Assembly: GCA_951406725.2 (NCBI GenBank)
Contig: OX597816.1
Span: 117,490,001-117,554,000 of the forward strand
Length of the DNA: 64,000 bases
From: Octopus vulgaris
Taxonomy: Eukaryota
Direction: 5' to 3'
Shown here: positions 11,415-26,443 of the stretch, one piece after another
How the letters are laid out: every line of letters starts with the position of its first letter
Position numbering within the stretch: position 1 is the first letter of the stretch
Made by a program: the position numbers and the translations under genes
Notes under the pieces: model-generated
The model's database searches: none
Told to the model about the DNA's origin: nothing
What the model saw: only the letters and a program-made list of their open reading frames with translations

Positions 11415-12204
11415 TGCTGTTGTCAGCGTCTTCAAATCTTCGGCAGTTCACCTATTTCTTCGACAGGAAATATTTACAAGATGAATTGAGCCCTGAAGAG
11501 TCTCCCTCTCCCCCATCCCATCTCTCTCTCTATATATATGTATACATGCATGCATGTTTGTATATATGCATACATGTATGTATATATGCATGTTTAATGA
11601 GATTTTGATGAATGTTGAGCTTCTCCCCTGCGGGACTATTTGTAAAGTTCGGAGAGTTGTTTGAATGTTTCAATGTTTCAGTCCTCTTGACATTTAAAGC
11701 TGACAGAACCATACATATTAATTGTCACTTAATAGCACTAAGTTCTGTTGAACATTTATAAAATAAAAATAAATTTTAAAAAATTGCAATATTATTTCTT
11801 CCCAAACGCATGTATGCTCTTCTCACATGCACACGCATACACACAGACTTTACCCACACATACAACCACAGCTCTCTTTCTCACTCTTCTCTGCTGCGCA
11901 TACATACATATACAACTACAAACACGCACACGCACGCTCATTCTAAATACTTGCCGAATATTCAGTATCATTCGCATTTGCCAATTCTTTTAATCTTTTT
12001 TCACGATAATACTAATTTCTTCGATTTCATTCCTTGTTACTGTTTTTCGTTTTCTTTTATTCCACAGTTGCCATGTTGGGTACTGCAATCAAAGAATAAA
12101 GAAGTTCTTTAAATCGTTATTCATACCTTTCTTAAATATAGGCAAACCGCTTTATTAACTTATTTCCTTATATATTTTTTTTACGTATTTTAGGGTAAGA
12201 GGCC

Positions 12205-12385
12205 GATGGACTGGCAGAATCGTTAGAGCATCACATATTTCTCAAAGCCTTGCGATATTTCCTTCGGATCTTTACGTTCTGATTTCAAATCCCATCGAGG
12301 TCAACTGTGCCTTTCATCCTTCCGGGATTAATAAAATAAAGAACCAGTCAACTACTGGAATAAATTTAATCAATCGATATCCTCG
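12205..12385 (+). mobile_element. SINE family B, diverged
   Basis: ctggcagaatcgttag...tttacgttctga.ttcaaatccc...gcctttcatcct. Confidence 0.8.
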
Positions 12386-12504
12386 CCCATCAGACGTGGT
12401 AGATATATTAAAGATAATATACTTTAGATTGTATCATCGCAGTATGTATAGAAATATATTTTTTTATGAATTCCACATTCTCTACTTATGGAATGATATA
12501 CGAA

Positions 12505-13010
12505 AAAAGTCTTACACAGTCGCTCGACCTACTAGAAATAGCATCCAAATTGTCCTCAAATTATACCCTATCGATTTAAATTAAGAAAGGATAGTAAGAT
12601 AATGTAGTCTTAAACAACCCTTAAAAGCATGCCTTTGATCATTGGTTTACTCGATATAGGTTGACATATGTTTAAACAACAAGGTCATACGTTGATCAGG
12701 AAAGAGCTAAAAAGATACATATGTCTTCAAAGCTCCGTTAAACTGAGGAAGACCTGTGATAAAATTCAGTTTCGTGGAATTTGGCTGACGATAATTATTA
12801 ACGTTTTCTTTGTTTAGCTTCAAGTTATTTCTGACCTTGCGTCTATGTATGAGTAGAGGCATTTAACCATGACTACCTTATCTTCTTTTGTTCAATAATA
12901 CTGTACTCCGAATTACATTATCGAATGTATAATTATGTTTAAAGAAAGGTCAAGGGAATGTTGACCGCTATTTCTAGCTGGTCCATTAACCATCAAGACG
13001 TTGCTTTTTG
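12505..13010. mobile_element. Two family E copies, tail to tail (12505-12682 +, 12810-13010 -)
   Basis: gtcgctcgacctactagaaatagc core and its reverse complement gctatttctagc. Confidence 0.65.
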
Positions 13011-13305
13011 GTTCGAGTTATATGATAGTTGAAGCGTAACTCATTTAAGATATCCAGAAAATATGGCGTCTATTGTTAGCAGAGAGATGTGCTGAGATAC
13101 GTAAAGTGAAGATTACTTTCTCACACAAAAGCAACGAAAAGTTATTTGATTTGAACTTTAGAATTTCATGCAGGACGAAAGGTACAGTTGATTTCAGCGG
13201 GATTTGAACTCAGAACGAAAAGAAACAGAACAAATACCGCAAGACATTTTTGTGACACTCTAACGATTTTGCCAATCAACCATCCTCAAAACTTCATCAA
13301 ATAAT

Positions 13306-13500
13306 CCCCTCTATTATAGGCACAAGGTCTGAAATTTTGGTGGAGAAGGAGGTAGTCGATTGCATCTACCCAGTACACAACTGGTACTTATTTTATCGAC
13401 CCCGAAAGGATGGAAGGCAATGTTAGATCGGCGGAATTTGAACCCAGAACGTAAAGCATTTTGTCTGGGGTGCTAACGATTTTGGCTGCTCTCCGCCTTG
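13306..13500 (-). mobile_element. SINE family B with TSD (an older B fragment lies at ~13170-13280)
   Basis: B body flanked by cttcatcaaataat / cttcatgaaataat. Confidence 0.85.
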
Positions 13501-14905
13501 GCTTCATGAAATAATACAAAGTAATTTAAGAATTTTAAAAATCGAAAGTTTCTTTTTGGTTTATGCCAGAAAAATGACAGGTAAACTAGAATATAAAACC
13601 GCATGCGAATCTTAGATGCGACAGATATAACATAGGTGGTTCATCGTTTCTTCATCTTCGTTCCTCCATCAAGCAGAATCGCTACAAAGCGGAAATGGTA
13701 TTTCTACTCTCACTCACTTGATCTTAATATGAGAATGAGAAACATTTCAGCTGAAAGGAACACCAAAAAATGGTTGTCTCTCTTTATGTCATGCCCTGTA
13801 TGTTAAAAGCACTATTTGTCTCAACACAGAAATTATTCAATTGACTTGTACAAACACAAACCTAGCATACTATATTTTTCGATATACAAGTCGAAATTTT
13901 CAGACCAAAATTTGTGGCTAAAAAACAAAAGTTAGACCCACTTATACGCCAAGGACGACATTGAAGGACCAAACATTCCATGGGAAATGCAGCAGGATTT
14001 ATAAAGATAGTTACGATGATTGAATGTTTAAATTACTACTATATATTACATCAACTTGTTTGCTAGAAAATATGGTAATATTTACAAACAGGTGGAAACC
14101 CTACATGCATTGATGTTGTAATTTAAAACGTATTGTTTTTCAATGCATGAATTATTGTACTAATTATAATCTAAATTTTCATTACCTTTATCAGAACACG
14201 TGCTGTTTGGTTACTTTGAAGTCAAATGCCACCTAGATCCTACGATGGAACATGGAAAGATGAAAGAAAACACACACACACACGCAAACTTTATTGCATT
14301 ATGTCTGAGTACTCTTTATTTACTACAAATATATTAAAACTATTTTCGCAGGATTTCTACGACATAAATAGGACACAAATATTAAAACACCTTTCAATCA
14401 TTGAAGATCAGTATGTCTAAAAACCATTATATCGAGATAGAAAGAAAATATAGATATTATTGAAAAGTTACTACTGTAGTGTAAGCATGTCGCCGAGGGA
14501 TGTTGATGAATGAAACTTCTTAATCTCCGTTCTAAACTTTTGATCTTTCTGATACTTCATTCAATGGGAAAAGCAGCAAAAAGAAACTTATGCCGTCTGT
14601 CAGTCCCAAAAATACGAAACAAAAACAAAATAAAAAAAACAACAACAACAATAAACAAGTAAAAAATACTATGTAAAGCAAATTTCCACAATCCAGTGTC
14701 TTAGAAAGATAATTCAAGAAGATATATTATTCAATTAATGACTAAAAGATTGTCGTAGTTTGGAAAGTAATATTTACATTGATGTCGTCTTTGTAAGATT
14801 AATTTCAAGCGAAATGTATATCGTACTTAAGTGAAGTTCGGAAAACTAATTCAAAACAATAACTCAGATAAAATACCAGTCTAATCAACTGTCAGATTTG
14901 ATATA

Positions 14906-14906
<1 letters not shown>

Positions 14907-14982
<76 letters not shown>

Positions 14983-15075
14983 CCTACCTACTTACCTATC
15001 TTCCTCCCTCCCTCCATTCCTACATACATACATACATACATACATACATACATACATACATACATACATACATAC
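14907..15075. repeat. (TCTA)n and (TACA)n tetranucleotide repeats
   Basis: Direct reading. Confidence 0.95.
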
Positions 15076-15476
15076 CTGCCTGTCTATTTTTATTCTTTAA
15101 CCTCTTCCTATGACGAAGCGAAGCCTCACACAATTTAGATTCAAACAATAGTAGAGTTGCATGATAAAATTTACGAAAGTCTTGTATATTTTCACCACTC
15201 TGCTTACAGAATGTATGTTAGCTGCTGTCTTTGTTTGGTAATCGTAACTTTTCGAGATAAGCATGGAAGCATTTTAGAAGAACCGAGGGCGCCAATAATT
15301 TTTGATTATAGATATACACATCTATAACATCTGAAATACTTCAGAATCTATAATATAGACTCTGAAGCAGTTCTGATGTCTTCCTCATTAATTGGAATGA
15401 AATGTTCACCTCCACTGGGTAACTGACAATTCTAAAAACACACATATACACACACCACGCGCACACATGTATGTAC

Positions 15477-15925
15477 AAGCGCAGGCATAGCTGAGTGGTA
15501 AGAAGTTTGCTTCCCAATCATATGGCTCCGGGTTCGGTATCACAGCGTGGCACGTTGGGCAAGTGTCTTGTACTAAAGTCCCGAGCCAACCAAAGCCTTG
15601 TGAGTGGATTTGGTAGACGAAAACTCAAAGAAGCTTTTCGTATGTCGTATGTATGTATGTATGTATGTATGTATGTATGTATGTATGTATGTATGTATGT
15701 ATGTATGTATGTATGTATCTATCTATCTATCTATTTGTGTGTGTGTGTGTGTATGTTTGTCCCCTACCACTCTTGACAACCGATGCTGGTTTGTTTCCGT
15801 GCCGTAACCTAACGGTTCGGTTAAGAGAAAGCGATAGAATAAGTGCTGGGGTCGATGTATTCGACTAAACCCTTCAACGTGGTGCTCCAGCATGGCCGCA
15901 GTCTAAGACTGAAACAAGTGAAAGA
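15477..15925 (+). mobile_element. SINE family A, full length with internal (TATG)n/(TG)n
   Basis: Head, central microsatellite and 3' ggtgctccagcatggccgcagtctaagactgaaacaag all present. Confidence 0.9.
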
Positions 15926-15936
15926 ACGAGCACTTA

Positions 15937-16007
<71 letters not shown>

Positions 16008-18019
16008 TTATTAACAGTTTGACTCAGCTCCATATGACTTAAAATTTCGTGGTGTGCAGGCCTGATTCATCCCGTCAGATACCAGAAAAAGAGTAAGGGA
16101 TTTGAGACAAATCAACAAATATTTTTGTTTTCTGTCCCAAACAAACAGCAATCTAAGACGCATCATATCTGCGATTAATAAGTTTTGATATATAGCTTCC
16201 ATCCAATATTTCTTGGGTTGATCTGTATGGATGTCTTTAATACTAGAAATATTGTTTCTATCTTAGGCACAACACCTTGATTTGGCATTGCATCATTAAA
16301 CATTTGAGCAAGGAAAAAATTTTATTGAAAAATATTCTAAATTATGTGATACCAAAATGGGGAATGATTAAAATGATATATTACTGATAGTTTCTCATCT
16401 TTATCACCTTTAATTTTAAAAAGTGTAGCTCGAGCTGAGGGCGGCTACTTTGAGCAAACTGTTATATCGAAGCAAAGGGACCCCTGCATATGCAACTACT
16501 GTTTGTATAGGCTAGCATTAGACTCCTAGGACCTGTCTACCCGCTCCAGGTAACAGTGTAAAGTGTCTATGCCTTTCGACAGCTTTCCCTTTCTCAACTC
16601 CCAGTTTATATACTTGTTACTCACAAATTAAAATTTTGTTAAGAATCAGATACCTTTTTTTGGGATGTTACTTTTTCTGAAAAGTAGTATCATTGTATTT
16701 ACTTCGGCTACAGAAATTGTATTTTTCAAGCAAAATCAACTGAAGAACTGTTTCACATGCAGTTTCATTAAATGACTAAACATTCGATATACCTAATTTC
16801 TTAAATGTAGGAACTATTAATTTTATGTTGATGCCTTTAGTTTAATCACTTAAAATTACTTGACTGTTTAGTTTCTGTAATGTAATCGGAGAAAGTTTCA
16901 TTTACCGCAGACGAATATCGACATAGAAACATATACGGTACACAATATACTGATAAAAGGACACGCAATGAAGGTATATCAGAGCAGGTTTGTTCAACTT
17001 CATTTTTGAATATGGTTTGCAAGATTCTTGATGTGAATTCGTGTGTTGAAGCAAATCTTGGCGTAATGGCCCTCCCAAGACACAAGATTTATACAAACTG
17101 TTATCACCGTAATCCACTCTTGAACTCATATCTGGAGGTGTTACATTGTAGTTTATTAATATTTATAGATATTTTAATTTAGAAGTTACATGACTTTTGG
17201 AAACTATACACCCCCCCTTCTGGTTCATTATTTAGGTTTACTTATTCTTTCTGGATAACTAAAATTACGTTAGTAACTTCTGAGAGGAAGTTTCGTTTGC
17301 TGAATAGCTACTGCTAAATTTAACTTAATTAAATAATGTTATGAATCGAATCATTAAGAAACATACTTCTCTTCGATTACGGATCGTATCAACAACAAAA
17401 AGAGTCATATTTTTGACGTCAAAACATGAAAAGGCGTTAATTTTCAGAAGATTGAAGCAGTTATTAGATTTCCACTTAACTCAAGAAACTTACTTCATTT
17501 GGGGTTCTTTTCTAAACACAAGGGTTCATATCTTTGTAAAAGCTTTCTTTCTTTATATTTATTTATTTACATTTATTTATTTATTATTGCTGACTTGTCT
17601 ATGCCTGAAAGCTATACTCTTAGACTGAAGCCGATCTAACGCATTAATTCTGCTGTGTCACTGGACAAATTTCCCGCAAGTGAACAATGATTTTAATGCA
17701 GTTTTCGATACTTCATGACGTATTACATTTTCAATAGACATTTTCTTATTCACATTCCTTAACATACCTCAATGGGTTTCAATAAGTAACATTAGTGTTT
17801 TCTTTTTATCATCATTTTCATTTTTACCTTTTTCAGCATCACTTCTAATAGTCTTGGACAAGAAATAAATATGAAATGTCACACACCACCATACGCACGC
17901 GCACACATACAATGTCGACTTTTGATTCTGAGGTTAAAGATGCATTGATTCTTTCGCATCCTCTTGCTCTATGGAAGTATTTGTTGTAAATAAGTAACTT
18001 CTTAATAGCTACATGATTA

Positions 18020-18086
18020 AATATATATATATATATATTTATATATATCTATATATCTATACACGCATACACACACACATATGTAC

Positions 18087-18185
<99 letters not shown>

Positions 18186-18460
18186 CACATATTTATATAT
18201 ATATATATACATACATATATATATACATACATATATATATATACATATATATACACACATGCATATATATATATGCATATAAATTATATATATACACTTA
18301 TGTACATATATATACGTATATACACACGTGTATATGTATTTTACATGCATACGAATACATACACATATATATATATACATACACACACATATACCCCCAC
18401 ACATATTTATTTATATACATACATATATACACATATACACATATACACATATACATATAT
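18020..18460. repeat. Long degenerate (TA)/(CA) low-complexity tract
   Basis: Direct reading; explains the spurious YI-rich ORFs. Confidence 0.95.
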
Positions 18461-20132
18461 GTGCTTTCTAGTTATTAATAATAAAAAAGTGCTATCCAAA
18501 TAGACATGTTTATAAATCGTATAAATGGGTACAAGTTACACAAACGAATGCCCAGGGAAAAAGTTAGATCTATGTATGGAAAAATAGTGAATGCCGATGA
18601 TAGAATTGAAAATATGATATTTCTGTATTATTCTCTATCTTCAGATGAGTCGAAATCAATGCAATGCCTCATACAAAAGACAGTTGTCTGGTTAATAGCT
18701 GTTCGTGTGTATCGTGTGTACCGCACACTCGTCACACATCTAGTTAATCTAAAATAATATGTCTACGTTGACTGATATTTTAATTTAGTTTTTCTAATCT
18801 TTTAAATACTAGGATAACTGAATGTTAAAATATACCATTTATAGGTTATTCCAGTATATTCTAAGTTTCATTTTCGTTAAGGACGTCCTGCATTATGAGA
18901 GTATTTCGACCGATGAAGAATAGTTTTTTTTTCTTTTTTAGAGAATCAGAAATGCTGATTAAAGTCCATGAAATAATGTGAGCGGAGGTTTAACCTTTTG
19001 TCCAGTTTAGCAACAGCTTGGTCCTTGGGTGTTTTTAGTGGTGCTGCATGCATTTGACGAGGTCTACGCGCTGGGGAAAAGTTACTCTCTTTCTTGCACG
19101 AGTCTTGTAAACACTTAGACGTGTCATAGCCAGACCGCTGCTCTTCGTTCTCCAAATAAATTATAAAAAGAACACCACAACATTCACACCTGACCATTAT
19201 ATCCCCTCAATCATAATTTCCCCTTTCCAATCCTCTCACACTTCTTCACCTTGTCAGCTATGTTGACTTGAATGAATGGAAACAACGTAGAGAACAGAGG
19301 ACCCTTTGGTTGTCAAGGACAAGACAATCGCCCTAATGCTGGGGTTGTGATAAAATACACCCATTACACTATGTACAGTGGTTGATGTAAAGACAGACAT
19401 CCAACCATAGAAACCTTGCCCAAAATGGAATGTACGAGTGAGGTATCGCCCTCAACTTGCCTTGGAGTGTAGTCAGAATATCTTTAAACAAAGGCCTGCT
19501 CGATAGGGCTTAACTTGGAACTAAATTTTGCAAAATTTTGATTTCCATTCTTTCCAGGCCGATAAAATAAAATCCTGATCCAAGACGGTGCATAGGCTGA
19601 ATTTATAGAACATGAGACCAAATGCCTTGTGATATTTGATTCATTCTTTGGAAATCGATAAATTAAATACCATTCTAAAGCAGATGATTGAATCAGATAT
19701 GTTGTAGTACTTGTTTGCATTCCGAATTTTTAGGTGGTAAAATTAATCCAGCACTCGGTTTAATACCACCATCTGGTCGTTGGATATCTTTACTAGAATT
19801 TTCTCTGTTAAAAGTATTGCGTTTGAAGATAACTTTCTCGCTTCCTCACACTAGTCCCAAAGGACCCGAAGGAAAAAAATAAAGGCTTGTTGGCACTACC
19901 TTTCCCCCTCTGATAAAAATCGCATGGGTTCCAATTAGCAGCCAAGGGTGTAAGAGTTTGTAGCTTGCCACATGTAAGACTAAAACCCGTATCTTTTGAT
20001 GATTAGTTCACCTAACTCTAAGTAGTACCACTGTAAGCCGTGAGAGCTCAATTCTTCATTAGTTTGCCATCCTGAATTTAAATTCTAGAGAAAGGCCCTG
20101 TATTGTTAACATCTCTTTACTACACTGCATTT

Positions 20133-20305
20133 TGTTGCTGTTTGACTCCAGATCATTTCCAATCGAACAGACCAATGATTTACATATTCCCAGACATTGC
20201 ACGTATAACCACATCATCAAATGTGGCCTTCTTTTTAAGACGTGTAATTTGAGAGAATTTCAAGCAGATTGTGTAACTGCGTAGAGCAGATTCCTCGTTG
20301 GTTCA
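20133..20305 (-). mobile_element. Dispersed repeat family E
   Basis: Reverse-complement match to the E pattern. Confidence 0.55.
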
Positions 20306-20737
20306 CTAATCTGCATGAGTATGTACTTAATAGATTATAGAATATACGACTTTTGAAGGACGTGATTGCATTCTGCAATTGATAGTATGAAATTGTGGTG
20401 TTTATAGTAAGTTCAGTTTGAGCTGTTTGAGTAAAAAAAGAAAAGAAAAAAAGAAAAGAAAAAGAGAATCTTCTACAGTTGTTAATTTTTGTTTTCCTCT
20501 TTACATTCGTTATGACAAGACGTTATCTCTCGCTTGAAATCTCGTTGAATAGTTCGGAATCATTTGGAACTATGTTACCGTCCCTACCGTTAGATGAGAA
20601 AAATTCTCGAGATCTTAGCTACATTCAAAATATTTCTACTATAACGATTCTCAGCAAAGTTTCTAGGCTGGTGTTCTGGTACGATGCCCACCTCCCCTGT
20701 CTTCTATTTATAATACCTACATCTGTCAAGAGTTGAG

Positions 20738-20905
20738 CTAACGAGGAACATCTATACTATTGCTCGACCTCGCAGAAAAAGAAAAGGACTTGTTGTAATC
20801 TCCGATATAAAAAGACGCGGGATGATCATGTCGTGAATACTTTTTATTATAGGTCTGTTGATTAGGTCCTGCATGATATGAGCCTGTTCAAGCAGGGGTT
20901 AACAA
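20738..20905 (+). mobile_element. Dispersed repeat family E
   Basis: aacgaggaac.tcta...gctcgacct...ataggtctg blocks. Confidence 0.55.
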
Positions 20906-21720
20906 TAAAAGCAACAACGAAAACAACGACAATAATAAGAGCGACGAACTGTTTGTGTGGTTTGCGCGGTAGTTGTTTCTGTTATTATTAAGCCTGAATT
21001 ATTGATTAACAAAGTCAATTTATCAAATTTAGTGTTTTTTGATTTAACTGATAGCATTTTAATGTAATTGATATTAGCCATTAACGTGGCAGACTGGTAG
21101 AATCATTAGAGCATCGGTCAGAATGCCTCGCAATGTTTGTTTCCATTATGCGTTCTGCGTTCAAATCCCGTCGGTAAACTTTACTTTTCATCGTTTCGGG
21201 ATCGATAAATAAAGTATCATTTCAAGACAGTGGAACTGTTGGAGTGTCGAACTGTCTTGCATTATCTGGATTCATTATGAGCTTCTGTGACGACACTGGC
21301 ACCGAGCTGCTTCGATTCCTGACTTTACCTCAGACAACACCAATGGCTTATAAAAGGAAACATTGCATGTCTGGGATGCTACTTGTCTTCCATAAAAATA
21401 ATAAAAAAGAAACTTGCCACACAAAACGACTCTTTATGGTGCATATGAACGAATCACTTCTACTAGATAAACTACCTCCCGTGTTTCTTCGCTTTGACAC
21501 GGGCACTATTAAGAGGAGTATTAAATCAAATTGTTCGGCATACTAAGTGTCCAAATTTTCATTCAAAATCCAGTATGCGTCTGCCCCAGAATTCAGTGGC
21601 TACAGGTGGATTAACTCCAGCGTCCGTAGATACCCTACGGAAAGCTGGAATAAAGTAATCAACACATTATCATTAATGGTCTGGTCGATTCTTCTAGTTC
21701 TACAATATCTTGGTGATTGG

Positions 21721-21937
21721 AAGGCGGCGAGCTGGCAGAAACATTAGCACGCCGGGCGAAATGCGTAGCGGTATTTCGTCTGGCTTTACGTTCTGAGTTC
21801 AAATTCCGTTGAGTTCGACTTTGCATTTCATCCTTTCGGGGTCGATAAATTAAGTACCAGTTGTGTACTGGGGTCTTTCTAATCGACTGGCCCCTCCCCT
21901 AAAATTTAGGGCCTTGTACCTAGAGTAGAAAGAAATG
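21721..21937 (+). mobile_element. SINE family B, full length, 15-bp TSD
   Basis: aggcggcgagctggcagaa...gagttcaaattcc (B box)...tagagtagaaag; TSD tcttggtgattggaa at 21708-21722 and 21938-21952. Confidence 0.93.
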
Positions 21938-22571
21938 TCTTGGTGATTGGAAAATGTGACTTGATAGGCTCCTGTTGTAAAGCCACAAGAGAAATAATTT
22001 TTCACTCGTATTCATCAAAATAGATGTAACTTTCGGAAAAGGTTGACTAAATCTGCAACATGGGAACCAAAGCAATTACAGCTGGACAGTTGCAGAGGGA
22101 AGAGTAAGCAAGATTTTTACTATGGTCCAGGAAGAGCTAAAAACCATCATCAAAATGCTGAGAGAACTTGAAATATCCTGCACTTTGAAAATTTACGTTT
22201 GAGGAAAGATCACATACAGTATCATGAAGGAAGCATTCAATCCCTTAAACCCAGTTTTCAATTTCCTTTTTCGCCAGTCATTGTCAAAGAAACTTCTTTA
22301 GCTAAACTAATGCAATGTGGTTAGTAAAAATTACTTTTCAACAGTTAGTTGAATAAAGATGATTAATTGGGTAGGGATAATCAACCTAGAGGTTACCGGT
22401 TCGTTTCACTAGCACTGCTTTGAATCATTGGTCGAAAATTTCGGTAAAATTCGCCTAATCTTCCTTAAATCACATTAGAGTTAAAAAGTGACATTAGATA
22501 GCGATTTAATTGTGTGTGCGGGTAAGCGTGTGTGGTAAATATTTACATAATACATACATGCATACATACAT

Positions 22572-22620
<49 letters not shown>

Positions 22621-22875
22621 GGAGAGGGGGAGAGAGGGAGCGGGAGAGGGGGGAGAGAGAGGGAGCGGGAGAGAGAGGAAGGTTGAGGTCGGAACATAGA
22701 TGGTATGGCCACAGTTGGATACCATTTGTCACAGGTCTGTTCGATGAAGGTGCCCTTGGACAAACGACTACCACAACCACAATGGCACTATAAACTTGGC
22801 ACATTTGTTACCTTACAGGAGGTCTGAGTTCATTGAGTGCGACAGGAAAAGTTCCCCGCAATACATTAGTATTCT

Positions 22876-23094
22876 TTCCTACTCTAGGCACAAGGCCCGA
22901 AATTTTGGGGGAGTGGGGTGGGGGGCAGTCGATCAGATCGACCTCAGTACGCAACTGGTACTTAATTTATCGACTCCGAAAGGGTGAAAGACAAAGTCGA
23001 CCTCGGCAGAATTTGAAATCAGAACGTAAAGACAGACGAAATGCCGCTAAGCATTTCGCCCGGCGTGCGAACGTTTCTGCCAGCTCGCTGCTTT
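22876..23094 (-). mobile_element. SINE family B, full length, 16-bp TSD
   Basis: TSD aatacattagtattct at 22860-22875 and 23095-23110. Confidence 0.93.
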
Positions 23095-23224
23095 AATACA
23101 TTAGTATTCTATCAACTGTGTGTGGCTGTGAATGTGTGTCTTTGTGTGTGTGCACGCGCGCATGGTGGATTCTTTTGTTTAATGCGACAGGAACAGGAGA
23201 TAGGCAATCGTTATGTGAGAAAGT

Positions 23225-23258
<34 letters not shown>

Positions 23259-23367
23259 AGAAAGGGCGAGAGAAAAAGAAGAGTGAGAGAGGAGAAAGAG
23301 AAAGAGGTATAGTGAGAGTTAAGTGAAAAACAGTTCAACAGATATCACCGGCGAATATTCATAGACT

Positions 23368-23579
23368 AGAAGACGGCGAGCTGGCAGAATCGTTAAACAC
23401 ATCGGGCAAAATGCTTAGCGGCATTTCGTCTGTCTTTACGTTCTGAGTTCAAATTCTGACGAGGTCGACTTTACCTTTCTGGGTCAATAAAATAAGTGCC
23501 AATTGTACACTGGGATCGATGTCATCGGTTTATCCTCTCTCGCCGATCTTGGTGATCTTGTGGCAAAATTTGAAACCAG
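23368..23579 (+). mobile_element. SINE family B
   Basis: B head and body; flanks tattcatagact / tattcatcgact. Confidence 0.88.
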
Positions 23580-24164
23580 TATTCATCGACTCGGCAAAGG
23601 AAGGAATTAAACTGCAATCTTAGCCTATTATCGATGAGGGGGAATGTGAGTAGAACCCAAATAATAAAAGAATGATGATAATCTTAAATAACACTATGAA
23701 ATAATTAGTTTTAAAGTTGAATTAATTTGAACGAACTATATCATTGCACAGTATAGGCAGGTATTGAACCAGATAATAGGGAATTATTTTTAAGGTTTAA
23801 CTAATTTCGGTAACGAATTTAACAACAGCTGTGTTACCGAAATGAGATGTTTATCACCTGTCCAAGGAACTTTATAAATTAGAGATCATTAGATTAACCA
23901 TAATCACTACGTTAATCTAATGACATGTTCACGAATGCAGGCTGATTTGAACCCAATTTGCGAATGTTTCAGTTTTTATGCTATTTGAAATAAAATTGGC
24001 AATTTATTGGACTATTCTGTAATTGATTCTATCCAATCATTGACGCCCTCTCTACGTTGTAACTTTATCTTAGGAATTTCTTACCAACTGAACCGTAATG
24101 ATTGGATAAATGGTTAAACTAGAGATACAATCGATTTGCTGAAGGTCTTAAGACAGTCAATTAT

Positions 24165-24365
24165 TGTTGTTTAGTCCCGCAAATTAACCCTAATCGAACA
24201 AACTTATGATCAAAGTTATTCTAATTGTCCCCAGCTTGTTCCTTACAAAGTATACCTAGGACTAAAAGCACTTCCTGTTTTTAAGAAGGTGTCACATGAT
24301 TTGTGGAAGATTCACCTGCTACTACTGGTTGGTCGAACAACTATATAGGAACTCACTCATTGGCT
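24165..24365 (-). mobile_element. Dispersed repeat family E
   Basis: ttgttgtttag...tatgatcaaag...cctaggact...tgatttg is the reverse complement of the E pattern. Confidence 0.6.
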
Positions 24366-25591
24366 CGTAGAGATACTGAGTTTCTCTTGTAGGTAGGTGG
24401 TTTAGAAATTGGAAGGAAAGCAGGATACAAAATATGGTAAGATCCAGCTCTTCACGGAGACAGAAATTGAAATAAAATATAATAGAATGAAGGGCTTATG
24501 AAATTAGAATAAAATTAACAGTTTTTGGAATTTAAGAAGTTAAGACTATGAAGTGTTTCATTATTTTCTGAATCCTCGTGTAAAATAAGTCTTACCACAA
24601 ATTCAATAACCGTTGTATTAAATTGTATAACAGAAAAGTATTAAAAGCTACTTAATACAGGAAAGTTGGAGAAAAATAAAACTTTTCAATATTTTGGCTT
24701 TCAGAAATCCTCAACTTGAGACATGTGAAATGAGAAGAAAATTGTAAACAACACTTAAGCCGTTATGATATGAACAGAGACGCACGGCATTGTATGAATG
24801 TGTGGGAAGTGATATTTAAATCATGCAAGAAGCTCATGGTGATTGTTAATCTATAGTTGCTGACATCTAATTAGAATTACATTTTTGAACATGTAACTTA
24901 CCGATATTGATATGGAAGGATTTGATAGAAACTCCAACTTTTGCTTCTTGGAATTATTAAGTTCGAGCTAATCCTACTTTGGAATAATCTGAGTGTCTTC
25001 TTACTAAATAGAATCAAATTTCTTGTTATGGATATTCTGAAAATCTTTCTGTAATTATACCCTGTCTTCACGGAACACTATGACGCTTTAATCGTTTTAG
25101 TTCCCCAGACTTCATTGTTTCTTTTAGATCTCGTCCCTCTTTTTTTTCTTCTTAGGCTTTAGTCTTTCCATTTACTGCTCAAAAAGAAAGTCTGAGTGGG
25201 TTAATCTAATATTATTGTGCATGCTGACGATATATTTATTCCTAATTTAGCTGTAAAACGTAAAGGGTCGCGACAGAATATTGGACATCATGGATCTTGT
25301 ACAAATTTTGCATCTTGTTGTTCAGAGCAGAAAGCTAAAATGTCAGTGTACAATTATTGTTGCTGTTGTTACTGATACAGCATATATTGCAGCTATTTTT
25401 GTTGTTGCAGTGTCTGTTAATGCTGTCGCTGATGTTACAATGTCACTGTTATCATTGGCCTTCTGTTGGATTTGGCTTCATTTTACGTTTGGACAATAAA
25501 CTTTAAAGTGGCTGAAACCACCCTAAATTAAACATTTTGGCTTCCAGCTTTGAATAATAAGTTACAGAACTTTGAACTGATTCTAGTCCAG

Positions 25592-25795
25592 TCAACAAGG
25601 AAGCCACAAGGTCGCTCGATCTGCGAGAAATAGCAAATCACACCTTGCTGCCTTAAAAAGGAAACACTGCATAGTGAAGGAATAATGTAGTCCAGATATG
25701 CTTTGTCCGAGATAAAGACAGGATGCGCACACCTAGGGCACCTTCGATCGTAGGTTTGCTCAGTCAGATTATTTGAGAGCTATAACCAACATTAA
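25592..25795 (+). mobile_element. Dispersed repeat family E
   Basis: ggtcgctcgatctgcgagaaatagc...aataatgtagtcc...gatcgtaggtttgctc. Confidence 0.65.
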
Positions 25796-26443
25796 CAATC
25801 TGGTACTAAATGTCTTCATCATTCCATTTACTCAGCTCTAATTTTCTCAAATTTATTGATATAGACCGATAACATTTATCTCTATGTAACCATGGTCTAA
25901 ACAGTTGAATTAAAAAGTGTCGGTTTATCTTGATCTTAACATAGTTTCATACCTTTTCTAAAGCTGTAAAAATCAAGTGAATTCAAGGACTACTGAAAAA
26001 TACCCAGGGTTATCCATAAGCATTAAAATCAAATAGTATTGTTGGTGCTAACATTGTTAGTGTAAAGAGTTAATAAATTTTAATCAATTAAAATTACTTT
26101 CGTGGCAAGAAGATTATTAGCTTTATTATCAATTCTGGCAAAGAAAGGCAGAGGAGACATCTCCCAAATTTTAACTAATTAAAATTAATTGAACTCAACA
26201 TGCTAATATAAACACTCTGAACATTTAAAAAATTATCGTTGTTACGAAAAAGAAATCAAAATAATATTCCTTCCAGTAAATTCATTAGTAACTTTCTATT
26301 TTTCTCTGCATCGCATTTAAATGCTGGTACAGGAGCTTGGGGATATTCAAACAAATCAGTATTAAACCGCTCCGAATAAATGTACAAAAATATCATTAGG
26401 ACAGTTATACAAAAATATAATAGACACACTCTGTATCATTATC

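Noticed and set aside
18946-19197. 83-aa ORF in non-repetitive, GC-richer sequence; possible host exon
   Set aside because: No recognisable domain and no convincing splice sites; needs RNA-seq
19250-19440. Possible relic of another SINE/RTE-related repeat (catccaaccatagaaacc)
   Set aside because: Single very diverged copy; cannot be defined from this window
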